DNA from: an uncultured Pelagibacteraceae bacterium
GTDB taxonomy: Bacteria; Pseudomonadota; Alphaproteobacteria; Pelagibacterales; AG-422-B15
Length of the DNA: 64,000 nucleotides
Reading direction: 5' to 3'
Assembly: GCA_902546615.1 (NCBI GenBank)
Contig: CACCKE010000004.1
Coordinates: 9,646-73,645 of the forward strand
A program made the translations under genes and the position numbers. Of the stretch, positions 51,377 to 62,286 are shown piece by piece (the stretch's first letter is position 1; the number at the start of each line of letters is the position of its first letter). Under the pieces are notes generated by a model. That model was not told the DNA's origin. It did not search any database and saw only the letters and a program-made list of their open reading frames with translations.

Positions 51377-52054
51377 TTAGTCAATCCATAGCTCATAACC
51401 AGAACCTCTTTTAGTTTTAAGAAATTTTGGAATCTTGGGGTCTTTTTCAATCTTTTTTCTTAGTCTATTTATACATACGTCCAATGTTCTTTCTTGATTA
51501 AAATTAAGTGATGTAATTAGCTCCTCTCTAGAAAATGACTTACCAGGAAATTTTGATAATATTCGCAATATTTTTAATTCGTTCTCATTAAGAGATAGTT
51601 CAGTTGATTTTCCCTTGATCACGCCACTTTTTAAATCAACTATAATATTATCAAGTTGAATTTGTTTAGTTTCTTTTTTTATAGAAGTTTTATTTAAGAT
51701 ATTATTTATGCGTAAAAGTAATTCTTTTGGTTCAAAAGGTTTTCCCAAATAATCATCTGCTCCAATTTCTAAACCGTGGACCCTGTCTTCAGTCTCTCCC
51801 ATTGCAGTTAGATGGATTATAGGTATTAAGGATTTTTCACGAATTTCTTTTGTTAATTCATAACCATTTTGTCCTGGCATCATTATGTCAATAACAAGTA
51901 AATCAAATGTAATATATTTTAGTACCTCTTTTGCTTCAGCGGCATTACTTGCTGTTGATACAAGATATTTATTGTCTACTAAAAATGTCTTTAATAATTC
52001 TCTAATCTTATCATCATCATCAACTAAAAGAATATGTAGATTATTTTCACTCAT
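51377..52054 (-). CDS. OmpR-family response regulator (PetR-like)
   Basis: LVDDD, DIMMPG, GADDYL.KPF, winged helix RLRKKIE; ATG overlaps MarR stop. Confidence 0.9.
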   Translation of the reverse strand: MSENNLHILLVDDDDKIRELLKTFLVDNKYLVSTASNAAEAKEVLKYITFDLLVIDIMMPGQNGYELTKEIREKSLIPIIHLTAMGETEDRVHGLEIGADDYLGKPFEPKELLLRINNILNKTSIKKETKQIQLDNIIVDLKSGVIKGKSTELSLNENELKILRILSKFPGKSFSREELITSLNFNQERTLDVCINRLRKKIEKDPKIPKFLKTKRGSGYELWID

Positions 52055-52524
52055 CAATGTTCCTCTATAAATGAATTTATTACTTGATTAAATCCTTGCA
52101 CTGAACCAGCCCCAGACTTTACATAGGCTTTTGAAAGTGAATTGATAATGGATTTTATTGCCTCGTTTAAAGCCTTGTTAGCATTATCTGTCATAAATAA
52201 ATTTTTTTTTCTTGCATCATCATTGTTTATTTTTTGAATAATTAAGTTTTCTTTTATTAGAACTCTGAGTACACGATTAAGGCTTTGTTTCCTTATATCC
52301 AATTTCTTCAGTAGTTCATTAAATGTTATTCCAGGCTTAATATTAATTATCAAAAGACATCTAATATCGGCTATACCCAATTTTTTATCATCAAGGCTTG
52401 CTAAAATTTCTTTTTCCAGAATTTTTGCAACTTCAAAAAAACTATTTAATGAATTTTTGATTCTGTCTTCACGCAGATAAAGTAGAGATGCAGATTTATT
52501 TGATATTGTATTTAAGTCAGCCAC
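52054..52524 (-). CDS. MarR-family regulator (PetP-like)
   Basis: LLYLRE, PGIT, KQSLNRVL, DARK; GTG start at 52524 likely. Confidence 0.8.
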   Translation of the reverse strand: MADLNTISNKSASLLYLREDRIKNSLNSFFEVAKILEKEILASLDDKKLGIADIRCLLIINIKPGITFNELLKKLDIRKQSLNRVLRVLIKENLIIQKINNDDARKKNLFMTDNANKALNEAIKSIINSLSKAYVKSGAGSVQGFNQVINSFIEEH

Positions 52525-52605
52525 TATGACATAATAATCTGAAAAATATATATTAATCAAGCCATTTATCTGTTATTAAACTTTTAATTTATTAGAGTAA
52601 TTTAT

Positions 52606-53487
52606 ATGGAAATAGCACCATTTGATAATCGAGAGGGTTTTATTTGGATGAACGGAGAGTTTATCAAATGGAATGATGCAAAATGCCATGTTATTACTCA
52701 GGGTCTTCACTATGCTAGTGCTGTGTTTGAAGGGGAAAGAGCCTATAAAGGGAAGATTTTTAAATCTGAAGAACACACAAAAAGGCTATTTAGATCAGCG
52801 GAAATTGTAGGCATAAAAATTCCTTATAGTCAGTCCCAAATTAATGAGGCCAAAGATGAACTCATTAAAAAAATGAATTTTAAAGATTGTTATGTTAGGC
52901 CAATTGCATGGAGAGGGTCTCAGCAAATGGGAATTTCAACTGCTAAATCTGATATTAATGTTGCAATTGCAGTGTGGAATGATTGGGCATCATATTTTAA
53001 GATCGAAGATCGAAAAGCTGGCCTACGATTAATAACTTCACCATGGAAACGGCCATCACCTGATACGGCACCATGTGAAGCAAAAGCATCTGGTCCTTAC
53101 GTTATTTGTACAATGTCAAAAGAATTTGCGGAGGAAAAAGGATACCATGATGCCCTAATGTTGGACTATAGGGGCTATGTTGCTGAAGGTACTGGAGCAA
53201 ATATTTTCTTTATTAAAGGAAAAGAAATTCATACTCCAATTCCTGATTGTTTTCTTAATGGTATAACTAGGCAAACTGTTATTGAAATGGTTAAAGAACA
53301 AGGCTTCAATATTACTGAGCGTCATATAAAGCCAGAAGAAATTAGTAATTTTGATGAGGCCTTTCTAACAGGCACCGCGGCAGAGATTACTCCAATTCAG
53401 TCTATTGACGATATTAAATTCAATACTGGAGACAATACCCAAAATTTTAAGTTTATGCAGGATTATCACGAAATCGTGAGATCTTAA
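52606..53487 (+). CDS. ilvE: Branched-chain amino acid aminotransferase
   Basis: LHYASAVFEG, AKASG.Y, EGTGANIF, GITR, FLTGTAAE. Confidence 0.94.
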   Translation: MEIAPFDNREGFIWMNGEFIKWNDAKCHVITQGLHYASAVFEGERAYKGKIFKSEEHTKRLFRSAEIVGIKIPYSQSQINEAKDELIKKMNFKDCYVRPIAWRGSQQMGISTAKSDINVAIAVWNDWASYFKIEDRKAGLRLITSPWKRPSPDTAPCEAKASGPYVICTMSKEFAEEKGYHDALMLDYRGYVAEGTGANIFFIKGKEIHTPIPDCFLNGITRQTVIEMVKEQGFNITERHIKPEEISNFDEAFLTGTAAEITPIQSIDDIKFNTGDNTQNFKFMQDYHEIVRS

Positions 53488-53488
53488 C

Positions 53489-54031
53489 TTAAAATATACT
53501 TTTGTAGTATTGATAAGCACTGATCAGCGTAATTATAGTTGACAGCCAGAACAGATAAATACCTATGTTTAATAGAGGCTGCAAATCTAAGTAGATGCTT
53601 CCTATTAAGATCAAAAATAAACTCAAAATTTGAAAAGCAGTTTTATATTTTCCTAATATAGAAACATCTATTTTTTTTACTTCTGGTAAATTAGATGCAT
53701 ACTCTCTTAGACCAGAGATAAAAATTTCTCTAAATATTATTAAATAGGCTGGAATTAAATTTATCTCATTAATATAGTCATTGTAGATAAATGTTATTAT
53801 TAACAGTACGACAAATAGCTTATCTGCAATAGGATCTAACATTTTACCAAATTCAGATGTACTATTCGTTTTTCTTGCAATTACCCCATCAAAATAATCT
53901 GACAATGCAATAACAATAAACAAAATAAGAATTGCCAAATTAAATGAGCTATTACTATCTATGATTAAATATATTAATAATGGTAATAAAAAAATTCTAA
54001 GAAGAGTGAGAAAATTTGGTAACTTAGACAT
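53489..54031 (-). CDS. pgsA: CDP-diacylglycerol-glycerol-3-phosphate 3-phosphatidyltransferase
   Basis: PNFLT..R, DYFDGVIAR...G.MLDPIADK; follows uvrC. Confidence 0.93.
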   Translation of the reverse strand: MSKLPNFLTLLRIFLLPLLIYLIIDSNSSFNLAILILFIVIALSDYFDGVIARKTNSTSEFGKMLDPIADKLFVVLLIITFIYNDYINEINLIPAYLIIFREIFISGLREYASNLPEVKKIDVSILGKYKTAFQILSLFLILIGSIYLDLQPLLNIGIYLFWLSTIITLISAYQYYKSIF

Positions 54032-55863
54032 TATCCATTAAAATATGCATATATTTTTTCTGAAAGCAACTTACTAATTCCTCTAACTTTCATCATATCC
54101 TGAGCTGAGGCATTTTTAATATTTTTAACTGATCCAAAATGATTTAAAAGTAATTTTCTTCTGCTTCGTCCTAAACCTTCTATTGGTTCTAATTCTGAGG
54201 CATGCATTTCCCTCTTTCTTTTCGCTTTATGTGCCCCGATTGCGTAGCGATGTGACTCATCCCTAATTCTTTGAATAAAGAAAAAGGAGGGAGTATTTTT
54301 GTCGATAAAGTTTTTTTTATTTTTATATATTATTTGATCTAATGACTCTTTTCTTCCCTCACCCTTAAATATTGATATTAGTTCCATTTCATTTAAACCT
54401 TTAGTTTTTAAGATTTCTTTAGCTAAATCGTAGTGGCCTTTACCTCCATCAATAACCAATAAATCAGGCAATTTTTCATATTTCTTAGAATTTTTTATTG
54501 CTTCTTTTGAAAATCTTCTTTCAAGGACGTGTCTCATCATTCCGTAATCATCACCGAGTTTTACTTTTGATGAGTCTATATTAAATTTTCTGTATGATTT
54601 TTTTTCAAACCCTTCCTCAGAGTAAACAATCATTGCACCAACTGCATTTTTGCCCAATAGATGACTATTGTCATAGGCTTCAACTCTTTTTATTTTTTTA
54701 GTAATATTGAGTACTTTTGAAAGTTGGCTCAGATTCTCTTTGTCAGAGTGAGACTGTGCAATGTGATTTTTAAGTGCTAGTTCTGAGTTTCTACTCGCAT
54801 AATTCACTATATCTAATTTTTTTCCTTTTTTAGGAACAAAAAAAGATGTCTTGTAATTATAAATGGATTTAAGAGATGTTTCGATTAGAGATGAATTTTT
54901 TATAGGTAAGTTTAACAATACATTTTTTGGAGGGGAATATCTTGTATAGAAATCAACAATAAAACGCTCTAGGATCTCATAAGTTTCTACTTCATCGCTG
55001 TGTTTTGGAAAATAAGATCTATTTCCCCAATTTTGACCTGATCTATAAATAAATACTTGAACACATGATTTATTACCTTTTTTTGAAATTGAAATCACGT
55101 CAGTATTTTTTACATCGTAAAGATTTATGTTTTGCTGACTTTGAATCTGGGTTAGTGCAACTATCTTATCCCTATAGCTAGCTGCTTTTTCATAATTAAG
55201 ACTTTTACTTTCTTCATCCATTTTAGAAGATAACTCCTCTTGTAAATTGCTATGTTGACCTGAAAGAAAGTGCTCAGCATTCTTAACACTTTGTAAATAC
55301 TCTTTTTTACTTAATGTATAATCAACACAGGGACCACTGCACCTTTCAATTTGATAAAGAAGACATGGTTTAGATCTATTTTGAAAAATAGTATCGTCGC
55401 ACGATCTTAGCAGAAAAACTTTCTGTAATATTTTCAGAGTATAATTTAGTGAATTAATTGTTGCGAACGGACCAAAATATTTTCCTTTATATTTTTGTTT
55501 TCCTCTATGTTTTGAAATTTGTGGAAATTCTTGTTCATGATTAATAAAAATATAAGGAAATGATTTATCATCTCGTAAAAGTATATTGAAAGGAGGTTTA
55601 AGTTTTTTTATTAAGTTTGCCTCAAGCAACAAAGCTTCTTTTTCTGTCTCAGTAATAATTACTTCAATATTTGATATTCTACTAACCATCCTTCTGATTC
55701 GATTTGAGAGATTGTTAGTGTTTAGATAGCTTTTAAGTCTATTTTGGAGATTTTTTGCTTTGCCAACATACATAATCTCTTCTTTTTCATTAAGCATTTT
55801 ATAAATACCGGAGGAAGAGGGGGATTGGTCAATTATTTCTTTAATATTCTCAAGATTATTCAT
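54031..55863 (-). CDS. uvrC: Excinuclease ABC subunit C
   Basis: GIY-YIG YVGKAKNL, CLLYQIERCSGPC, YDNSH, IDGGKG, RDESHR, HhH. Confidence 0.96.
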   Translation of the reverse strand: MNNLENIKEIIDQSPSSSGIYKMLNEKEEIMYVGKAKNLQNRLKSYLNTNNLSNRIRRMVSRISNIEVIITETEKEALLLEANLIKKLKPPFNILLRDDKSFPYIFINHEQEFPQISKHRGKQKYKGKYFGPFATINSLNYTLKILQKVFLLRSCDDTIFQNRSKPCLLYQIERCSGPCVDYTLSKKEYLQSVKNAEHFLSGQHSNLQEELSSKMDEESKSLNYEKAASYRDKIVALTQIQSQQNINLYDVKNTDVISISKKGNKSCVQVFIYRSGQNWGNRSYFPKHSDEVETYEILERFIVDFYTRYSPPKNVLLNLPIKNSSLIETSLKSIYNYKTSFFVPKKGKKLDIVNYASRNSELALKNHIAQSHSDKENLSQLSKVLNITKKIKRVEAYDNSHLLGKNAVGAMIVYSEEGFEKKSYRKFNIDSSKVKLGDDYGMMRHVLERRFSKEAIKNSKKYEKLPDLLVIDGGKGHYDLAKEILKTKGLNEMELISIFKGEGRKESLDQIIYKNKKNFIDKNTPSFFFIQRIRDESHRYAIGAHKAKRKREMHASELEPIEGLGRSRRKLLLNHFGSVKNIKNASAQDMMKVRGISKLLSEKIYAYFNG

Positions 55864-56291
55864 TATTCAGAACGAGAGCGTTCAACTTCAATGCCTGCGC
55901 TTTCAGCTTCTTGAATTGCATCAAGTTTTTCGAGTCTTATCTTCATAGTTTGAATTCTTTTGTTTTTAAAACATTCCTGAAATATTTTTTCAGCAAGTTT
56001 TTCTAGTAAAATTGTATGACCAGATTTAATAATTTTTTTAATTTTTTTTGAAATCTGATTATAACAAACAACACTGTACAATTTATCATCATTTATTTTT
56101 TTTGGATTTTTAACTTTAGCAATTATATTTATGCGGAGTGGTTGGCTCTTTATTTTCTCGTGTTTGTATACTCCAATGTTAGCATCGATCATAAAATCAT
56201 TTAAAAAGATTAAATCATATCCAGAATTTGGATTGATCAAATCTGTTTCTGACCTTAATTCACTTAATTTAAGAATATTCCTTGCTGTCAT
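55863..56291 (-). CDS. folB: Dihydroneopterin aldolase
   Basis: IGVYKHEK, VVCY, LLEKLAE, LEK, GIEVER. Confidence 0.85.
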   Translation of the reverse strand: MTARNILKLSELRSETDLINPNSGYDLIFLNDFMIDANIGVYKHEKIKSQPLRINIIAKVKNPKKINDDKLYSVVCYNQISKKIKKIIKSGHTILLEKLAEKIFQECFKNKRIQTMKIRLEKLDAIQEAESAGIEVERSRSE

Positions 56292-57010
56292 GATAAATGT
56301 TCCCCACCATCTACAGCTATAAATTGACCTGTAATTGATTTTGATTCAAGAAGAAATTTAACTGTTTTGGCAATCTCCTCAGGCGGTGAACCTATTTTAA
56401 GTAAAGTATTTTTGATCGATTGATCAAAATGTTTTTTTGATTGATGAATATTTTTAAGTGTTGGACCTGGGCCAATCGCATTAACCCTAATGTTAGGAGC
56501 AAATGATTTTGCCATGATTGCAGTTGCAGATAGTAAAGCAGATTTTGAAATGGAGTAGGAAAAAAACGATGTATCTGGATTGACTACATTTTGATCCAAT
56601 ATATTTATGATATGCCCTAAGCTCTTTTTTGGAAGTTGTTTATTAAATTCTTTAGATATGATTAGTGGGGCGTATAAGTTTATATTCATATGATCATACC
56701 AAAGTTTATCATTTAAATTTACTATATTATCATTAATGAATAAGGAGGCATTATTAACAATTGCATGTATTGGTCCAAAAAATTTTTTACTTCTTTTAAT
56801 TATATTTTTAACATCAGATATTTTAGACAAATCAGTTTTCACTATTTCGCAATCGCGCCCGTGACCATTAATAATATTTTTCAATTCTCTGGCTGCTATT
56901 GATGACTTATTATAGTGTATTATAAAATTATAGTGAGAATCTTTAAGAAATAGTGCAATTGATCTACCAATTCTCTGGGAACCGCCTGTAATTAAGATTG
57001 TTTTTTTCAT
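56288..57010 (-). CDS. SDR oxidoreductase (pteridine reductase/FolM-like)
   Basis: TGGSQRIG, IHY, NNAS, YSISK, RVNAIGPG. Confidence 0.85.
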   Translation of the reverse strand: MKKTILITGGSQRIGRSIALFLKDSHYNFIIHYNKSSIAARELKNIINGHGRDCEIVKTDLSKISDVKNIIKRSKKFFGPIHAIVNNASLFINDNIVNLNDKLWYDHMNINLYAPLIISKEFNKQLPKKSLGHIINILDQNVVNPDTSFFSYSISKSALLSATAIMAKSFAPNIRVNAIGPGPTLKNIHQSKKHFDQSIKNTLLKIGSPPEEIAKTVKFLLESKSITGQFIAVDGGEHLS

Positions 57011-57942
57011 AATATAAAAGAATACCCAAGATATAAAAAATAACTAATCAAGAAAAAAGCAGAATGTATTTTTCTCATTTGAATTCTTAAAATTGCCATA
57101 AGAGCTATTATCAAAGTTACTAATATTAAAATATATATGTGAAATATATCTATATTTTTTAGAGAATATTCAAGCCCTCTAAGTTGAACAATTATAACCC
57201 CTGGTAGGAAAACAAAAAGTATGTTCATAATGTTACTACCAATAACATTACCAATACCTATAGAGCCCTTCTTTTTTAAGTAAGAAATAATAACAGTTAT
57301 CAATTCAGGTAAGGATGTACCAATGGCCAAAACAAAAATACCTATTAGTACCTCGTTAACTCCTAACGTTTGAAAAATATTCAGTGAGCTGTCTAAAAAA
57401 ATTTTCCCACCAATAAAAATGCCTATGAAGGCACTTAGTAAAATTAAATAAGTGTATCTTCCAAAAATTTTTTGTTCTTCATTTTGATCTGAGGATTTAT
57501 AATTACGAAGAAAATTGATAAAGAACAAAGTTAAAACTAAATAGCCGATTGAGTGAATGAGAGTGACTGTTTGGCTAACATAAAACAAGAGCGCGAAGTA
57601 TAAAGATATTAAAAGTAAGAAAATAATATCCTTAGTGCCTAATTTATCTAGATTAATTTTGAAAAAAAATGCTGAAGTTCCTAAAATTAGTAAAATATTT
57701 GCAATATTAGATCCTATAATATTTCCGGTAATGGCATCAGTAGCTGGAACAATCTTTGTTGCAGCAAATAGAGTTATAACTAGTTCAGGTGCTGATGTAC
57801 CAAACGCTACAATTGTTAAACCTATTAATACTGGAGATAAATTGAACTTTTTAGCAATTGCGTCAGCCGACTCAATCATTTTATCTGCACTGTATAAAAG
57901 AAGAGATAATCCTATTAACAGTATACAGAAATCTATAAACAT
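57007..57942 (-). CDS. Calcium/sodium antiporter (YrbG family)
   Basis: Duplicated alpha repeats GTSAPE/GSNIAN and GTSLPE/GSNIMN. Confidence 0.92.
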   Translation of the reverse strand: MFIDFCILLIGLSLLLYSADKMIESADAIAKKFNLSPVLIGLTIVAFGTSAPELVITLFAATKIVPATDAITGNIIGSNIANILLILGTSAFFFKINLDKLGTKDIIFLLLISLYFALLFYVSQTVTLIHSIGYLVLTLFFINFLRNYKSSDQNEEQKIFGRYTYLILLSAFIGIFIGGKIFLDSSLNIFQTLGVNEVLIGIFVLAIGTSLPELITVIISYLKKKGSIGIGNVIGSNIMNILFVFLPGVIIVQLRGLEYSLKNIDIFHIYILILVTLIIALMAILRIQMRKIHSAFFLISYFLYLGYSFIL

Positions 57943-59996
57943 TAAGTAAAGTACTTTCTTTTTTTCCTTTTATTTTTTTTATAAACTATATTGCTGTTGG
58001 ATGGTAACTCTAATTCATTATTCTCAAGCCTTTTTATCTCATCTCTTAACTTAGCAGCTTCTTCAAAATTGAGATCATCAGCAAAATCCATCATATTTTT
58101 CTTAAGTTCCTCAAGATGTTTTTTTAGATTATTTCCGACGAGATGTTTTTCTGTACTCTTCAAATCAACGTTTACACGATCATTTTCATAAATACTTTCA
58201 AGAATATCACTAATATCCCTCTTAATAGTTTCAGGTGTAATATTATTTTCTTTGTTGTATTGCTTTTGTATATCTCTTCTTCTGTCAGTCTCACTTATTG
58301 CTTTTTTCATACTTTCTGTTTCTTTATCGGCATACAGTATTACTCTTCCATCTACATTCCTTGCTGCTCTACCGATTGTCTGTACCAATGACCTCTCCGA
58401 TCTTAAGAAGCCTTCTTTATCAGCATCTAATATTGCGACTAAAGCACATTCAGGTATATCCAAACCTTCTCTAAGTAAATTGATACCCACTAACACGTCG
58501 AACAATCCCTTTCTAAGGTCGCGGATAATTTCAATTCTCTCTAATGTATCAATATCTGAATGCATATACTTTACTTTTATTCCGTTTTCATGCATATACT
58601 CTGACAAGTCCTCTGCCATGCGTTTAGTAAGTGTTGTCACTAATACTCGGTATTTTAGATCAATAATTTTTTTACATTCTGATATTAAATCTTCAACTTG
58701 AGTTTTTGCAGGCCTTATTTCAACCTCTGGATCAATCAACCCTGTTGGCCTTATTATTTGTTCAGTAAATACCCCTTGAGTTTTTTGCATTTCCCATGGT
58801 CCTGGAGTAGCAGAAATGAATAAACTTTGAGGGCGCATCATTTCCCATTCCTCAAACTTCAATGGTCTGTTATCTAAACAAGATGGTAATCTAAAGCCAT
58901 ATTCTGACAGTGTTGTTTTTCTGCTTCGGTCACCTTTATACATGCCTTCTAATTGAGGTACTGTGACATGACTTTCATCAACAAAAAGGAGTGCATTTTC
59001 AGGCAAGTATTCAAAAAGTGTTGGAGGCGGTTCGCCTGGATTTCTTCCAGAGAGATATCTTGAATAATTCTCAATGCCTGGACAACTACCCGTTGCCTCA
59101 ATCATTTCTAAATCAAACCTTGTTCTTTCTTCTATTCGTTGAGCCTCTATTAATTTATTTTCTTTTTTAAATTCAGGAATCCTTACTTCTAAATCTTTTC
59201 GTATTTGTTTTATGGCAGTATCAAGTGTTGGCCTTGGAGTGACGTAGTGACTGTTTGCATAAATTTTTATAGTTTCTAACTCAGCTGTCTTTTTTCCAGT
59301 CAAAGGATCAAATTCACTTATCGACTCGAGATCATCTCCGAATAACGATAATTTCCACGCGCGGTCTTCGTAATGGGATGGAAAAACCTCAATCAAGTCT
59401 CCACGCACTCTAAATGTGCCTCTATGAAAATCTGTGTCGTTTCGGTTATATTGAAGCGTGATGAGTTTTTGAATAATTTCATTTCGTCCAATCTTTTGAT
59501 TTTTTTCTAATCGAATAGTCATTGATCTATACGTTTCAACAGAACCTATTCCATAAATACATGAAACACTTGCAACAATTACAACATCTTTTCTCTCAAG
59601 TAAGGATTGAGTTGCTGAGTGTCTCATTCGATCAATTTGTTCATTTATCGATGCTTCTTTTTCAATGTAAGTATTTGACCTAGGTACGTATGCTTCAGGT
59701 ATATAATAGTCATAATAAGATACAAAATATTCAACAGCATTGTCTGGAAAGAATGACTTCATTTCACCATATAATTGTGCTGCTAAAGTTTTATTTGGAG
59801 CAAGTATTAGAGTTGGCCTTTGAAGTTTTTCTATAATTTTAGCCATCGTGAAAGTTTTGCCTGATCCAGTTACTCCAAGTAAAACTTGCTCCATCTCATT
59901 GCCTTTAATGCTTTTAACAATCTCTTCAATTGCTTGAGGCTGATCTCCAGCAGGTTTGTATTCAGATGTGACTTTAAGAACTTCAGAATTTGGCAT
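57942..59996 (-). CDS. uvrB: Excinuclease ABC subunit B
   Basis: [32 protein letters not shown] domain. Confidence 0.98.
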   Translation of the reverse strand: MPNSEVLKVTSEYKPAGDQPQAIEEIVKSIKGNEMEQVLLGVTGSGKTFTMAKIIEKLQRPTLILAPNKTLAAQLYGEMKSFFPDNAVEYFVSYYDYYIPEAYVPRSNTYIEKEASINEQIDRMRHSATQSLLERKDVVIVASVSCIYGIGSVETYRSMTIRLEKNQKIGRNEIIQKLITLQYNRNDTDFHRGTFRVRGDLIEVFPSHYEDRAWKLSLFGDDLESISEFDPLTGKKTAELETIKIYANSHYVTPRPTLDTAIKQIRKDLEVRIPEFKKENKLIEAQRIEERTRFDLEMIEATGSCPGIENYSRYLSGRNPGEPPPTLFEYLPENALLFVDESHVTVPQLEGMYKGDRSRKTTLSEYGFRLPSCLDNRPLKFEEWEMMRPQSLFISATPGPWEMQKTQGVFTEQIIRPTGLIDPEVEIRPAKTQVEDLISECKKIIDLKYRVLVTTLTKRMAEDLSEYMHENGIKVKYMHSDIDTLERIEIIRDLRKGLFDVLVGINLLREGLDIPECALVAILDADKEGFLRSERSLVQTIGRAARNVDGRVILYADKETESMKKAISETDRRRDIQKQYNKENNITPETIKRDISDILESIYENDRVNVDLKSTEKHLVGNNLKKHLEELKKNMMDFADDLNFEEAAKLRDEIKRLENNELELPSNSNIVYKKNKRKKRKYFT

Positions 59997-60087
59997 TAAT
60001 TTATTAATTAGTTAGAATATAAATTGTGTATTAATCTAATTTAATATAATAGCTGATTGTATAAATAACAAATTCTGGGGATAAGCA

Positions 60088-61290
60088 GTGGTAGAACTAT
60101 CACACAGTATAAAAAGAATTAAGCCATCGGCCACCATGGCAGTGACCCAAAAAGCTCGTGAATTAAAGGCTGCGGGAAAGGATATTATAGGGCTAGGAGC
60201 GGGAGAACCTGATTTTGATACTCCAGAAAATATTAAAAAAGCTGCTATTCAAGCGATAAACGATGGAGATACAAAATATACCCCTGTTGATGGAACTCCA
60301 GAACTGAAGAAAGCTATCAAAGCAAAATTTAAAAGAGAAAATAATTTAGATTACGAGCTTGATGAAATCTCTGTTGGTACAGGAGGAAAGCAAATTATTT
60401 TTAATGCATTTGCTGTCTCCTTAAATGAGTCAGATGAAGTAATTATTCCAGCTCCTTATTGGGTAACTTACCCTGACGTCGTTAATTATTTCAATGGAAA
60501 ACCTATTTTCGTTCAATGTGGTGAAGAGTCAGGATTTAAAATAACCCCACAACAACTTGAAAACACGATTAATCAATCAACCAAATGGTTTATTCTTAAT
60601 TCACCATCAAATCCTACAGGTTCCTGTTATACAAAGAATGAACTTTTAGAACTTGCAAATGTTTTAAAAAAATATCCACACGTTAACGTAATGACAGACG
60701 ATTTATATGAACATCTTATATACGATGATAATGAATTTCATACTTTTGCAAGCATTGCTCCAGAACTTAAAGAAAGAATATTAACATTGAACGGAGTTAG
60801 TAAGGCATATGCCATGACAGGCTGGAGAATTGGTTATGCGGGAGGAAATGCCAGCTTAATTAAAGCCATGGGCAAGCTTCAGTCTCAATCAACAAGCAAT
60901 CCAACATCTATCAGTCAAGCCGCAGCAGTTGAAGCCTTAAATGGAGATAATTCATTCATTGCCGAAAGAGCCAAAGTATTTAAAGGTAGACGTGATTTTC
61001 TAATCAATGAATTTACTAGTATGAATGGAATTACTTGTAGAGTACCTGAAGGTGCATTTTATGTTTTTCCATCATGTAAAGGAGTAATTGGTAAAGTTGA
61101 TGAATCGAATAACAAAATTACTAATGATGAAGAATTTACGACATCATTATTAGAGCATGCGGGAGTTGCTGTTGTTCAAGGTTCAGCTTTTGGTTTGGAG
61201 GGCTATTTTAGAATTTCTTATGCGACTTCAGACGAAAACTTAAAAAATGCATGCGTTCGAATGAGAGATTTTCTTAATAAATTAAGATAA
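60088..61290 (+). CDS. aspC: Aspartate aminotransferase (class I/II PLP)
   Basis: GEPDF, NSPSNPTG, DDLY, SKAYAMTGWRIG. Confidence 0.9.
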   Translation: MVELSHSIKRIKPSATMAVTQKARELKAAGKDIIGLGAGEPDFDTPENIKKAAIQAINDGDTKYTPVDGTPELKKAIKAKFKRENNLDYELDEISVGTGGKQIIFNAFAVSLNESDEVIIPAPYWVTYPDVVNYFNGKPIFVQCGEESGFKITPQQLENTINQSTKWFILNSPSNPTGSCYTKNELLELANVLKKYPHVNVMTDDLYEHLIYDDNEFHTFASIAPELKERILTLNGVSKAYAMTGWRIGYAGGNASLIKAMGKLQSQSTSNPTSISQAAAVEALNGDNSFIAERAKVFKGRRDFLINEFTSMNGITCRVPEGAFYVFPSCKGVIGKVDESNNKITNDEEFTTSLLEHAGVAVVQGSAFGLEGYFRISYATSDENLKNACVRMRDFLNKLR

Positions 61291-62214
61291 TTCAGCTAGG
61301 TATTTTTCTGCCTCAAGCGCTGCCATACAACCCATACCAGCTGCAGTAACCGCCTGACGATAAATTTTATCCTTTACATCTCCTGCTGCATATACACCTT
61401 CAACGTTTGTAAGTGTTGAGTCAGGTTTTGTAATTATGTATCCATCTTCATCCATTTCGACTTGGTCCCTAAAAATTTGAGTAGCTGGATCATGCCCTAT
61501 AGCGACAAAGACACCGTCTAGCTCGATACTGCTGGTTTCGTTAGTTTTTGTATTTTTAATGTTTATACTTTTTACATTTAGAGGATCTTCATCACCAACT
61601 ATTTCTTTTAGTTCGCTATCCCACACACACTCAACTTTTTCATTTTTAAACAATCTATCTTGAAGAATTTTTTCAGCTCGAAGTTCATCACGCCTATGAA
61701 CAAGGTACACTTTAGATGCAAAGTTTGTTAAATATAAAGCTTCCTCAACAGCTGAATTACCACCGCCAATGACTGCTACCTTTTTTTCCTTAAAAAAGAA
61801 GCCGTCACAAGTTGCACAAGCTGAAACGCCATATCCTTGAAATTTTTTTTCAGAGTCTAATCCAAGCCATCTTGCTTGAGCTCCTGTTGAGATAATCACT
61901 GAGTCGGCAGTATATTCTGTTCCCGACTCGCTAATAGCCTTAAATGGCTTACATTTAAAATCTACACTTTTTATAATGTCATTTATAATATTAGTTCCAA
62001 CATTTTTTGCTTGTTCTTGCATTTGTTCCATTAACCATGGACCTTGTATTACATCCCCGTACCCAGGATAGTTTTCAACATCAGTTGTTATAGTAAGTTG
62101 CCCACCTGGCTGCAAACCTTGAACTAAAGTGGGCTCGAGCATTGCCCTTGCCGCATATATTGCAGCAGTATATCCTGCGGGACCTGAACCTATTATTAGA
62201 ACTTTTGAATGCAT
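61282..62214 (-). CDS. trxB: Thioredoxin reductase
   Basis: GSGPAG, CATCDG, GGGNSA, AAGDV. Confidence 0.97.
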   Translation of the reverse strand: MHSKVLIIGSGPAGYTAAIYAARAMLEPTLVQGLQPGGQLTITTDVENYPGYGDVIQGPWLMEQMQEQAKNVGTNIINDIIKSVDFKCKPFKAISESGTEYTADSVIISTGAQARWLGLDSEKKFQGYGVSACATCDGFFFKEKKVAVIGGGNSAVEEALYLTNFASKVYLVHRRDELRAEKILQDRLFKNEKVECVWDSELKEIVGDEDPLNVKSINIKNTKTNETSSIELDGVFVAIGHDPATQIFRDQVEMDEDGYIITKPDSTLTNVEGVYAAGDVKDKIYRQAVTAAGMGCMAALEAEKYLAELS

Positions 62215-62286
62215 TTAATTTTTATAATCTATATATTATCTTCTAGTAATTAAAGAACTTTTGTATTCAACATAGATAGTTATTAA

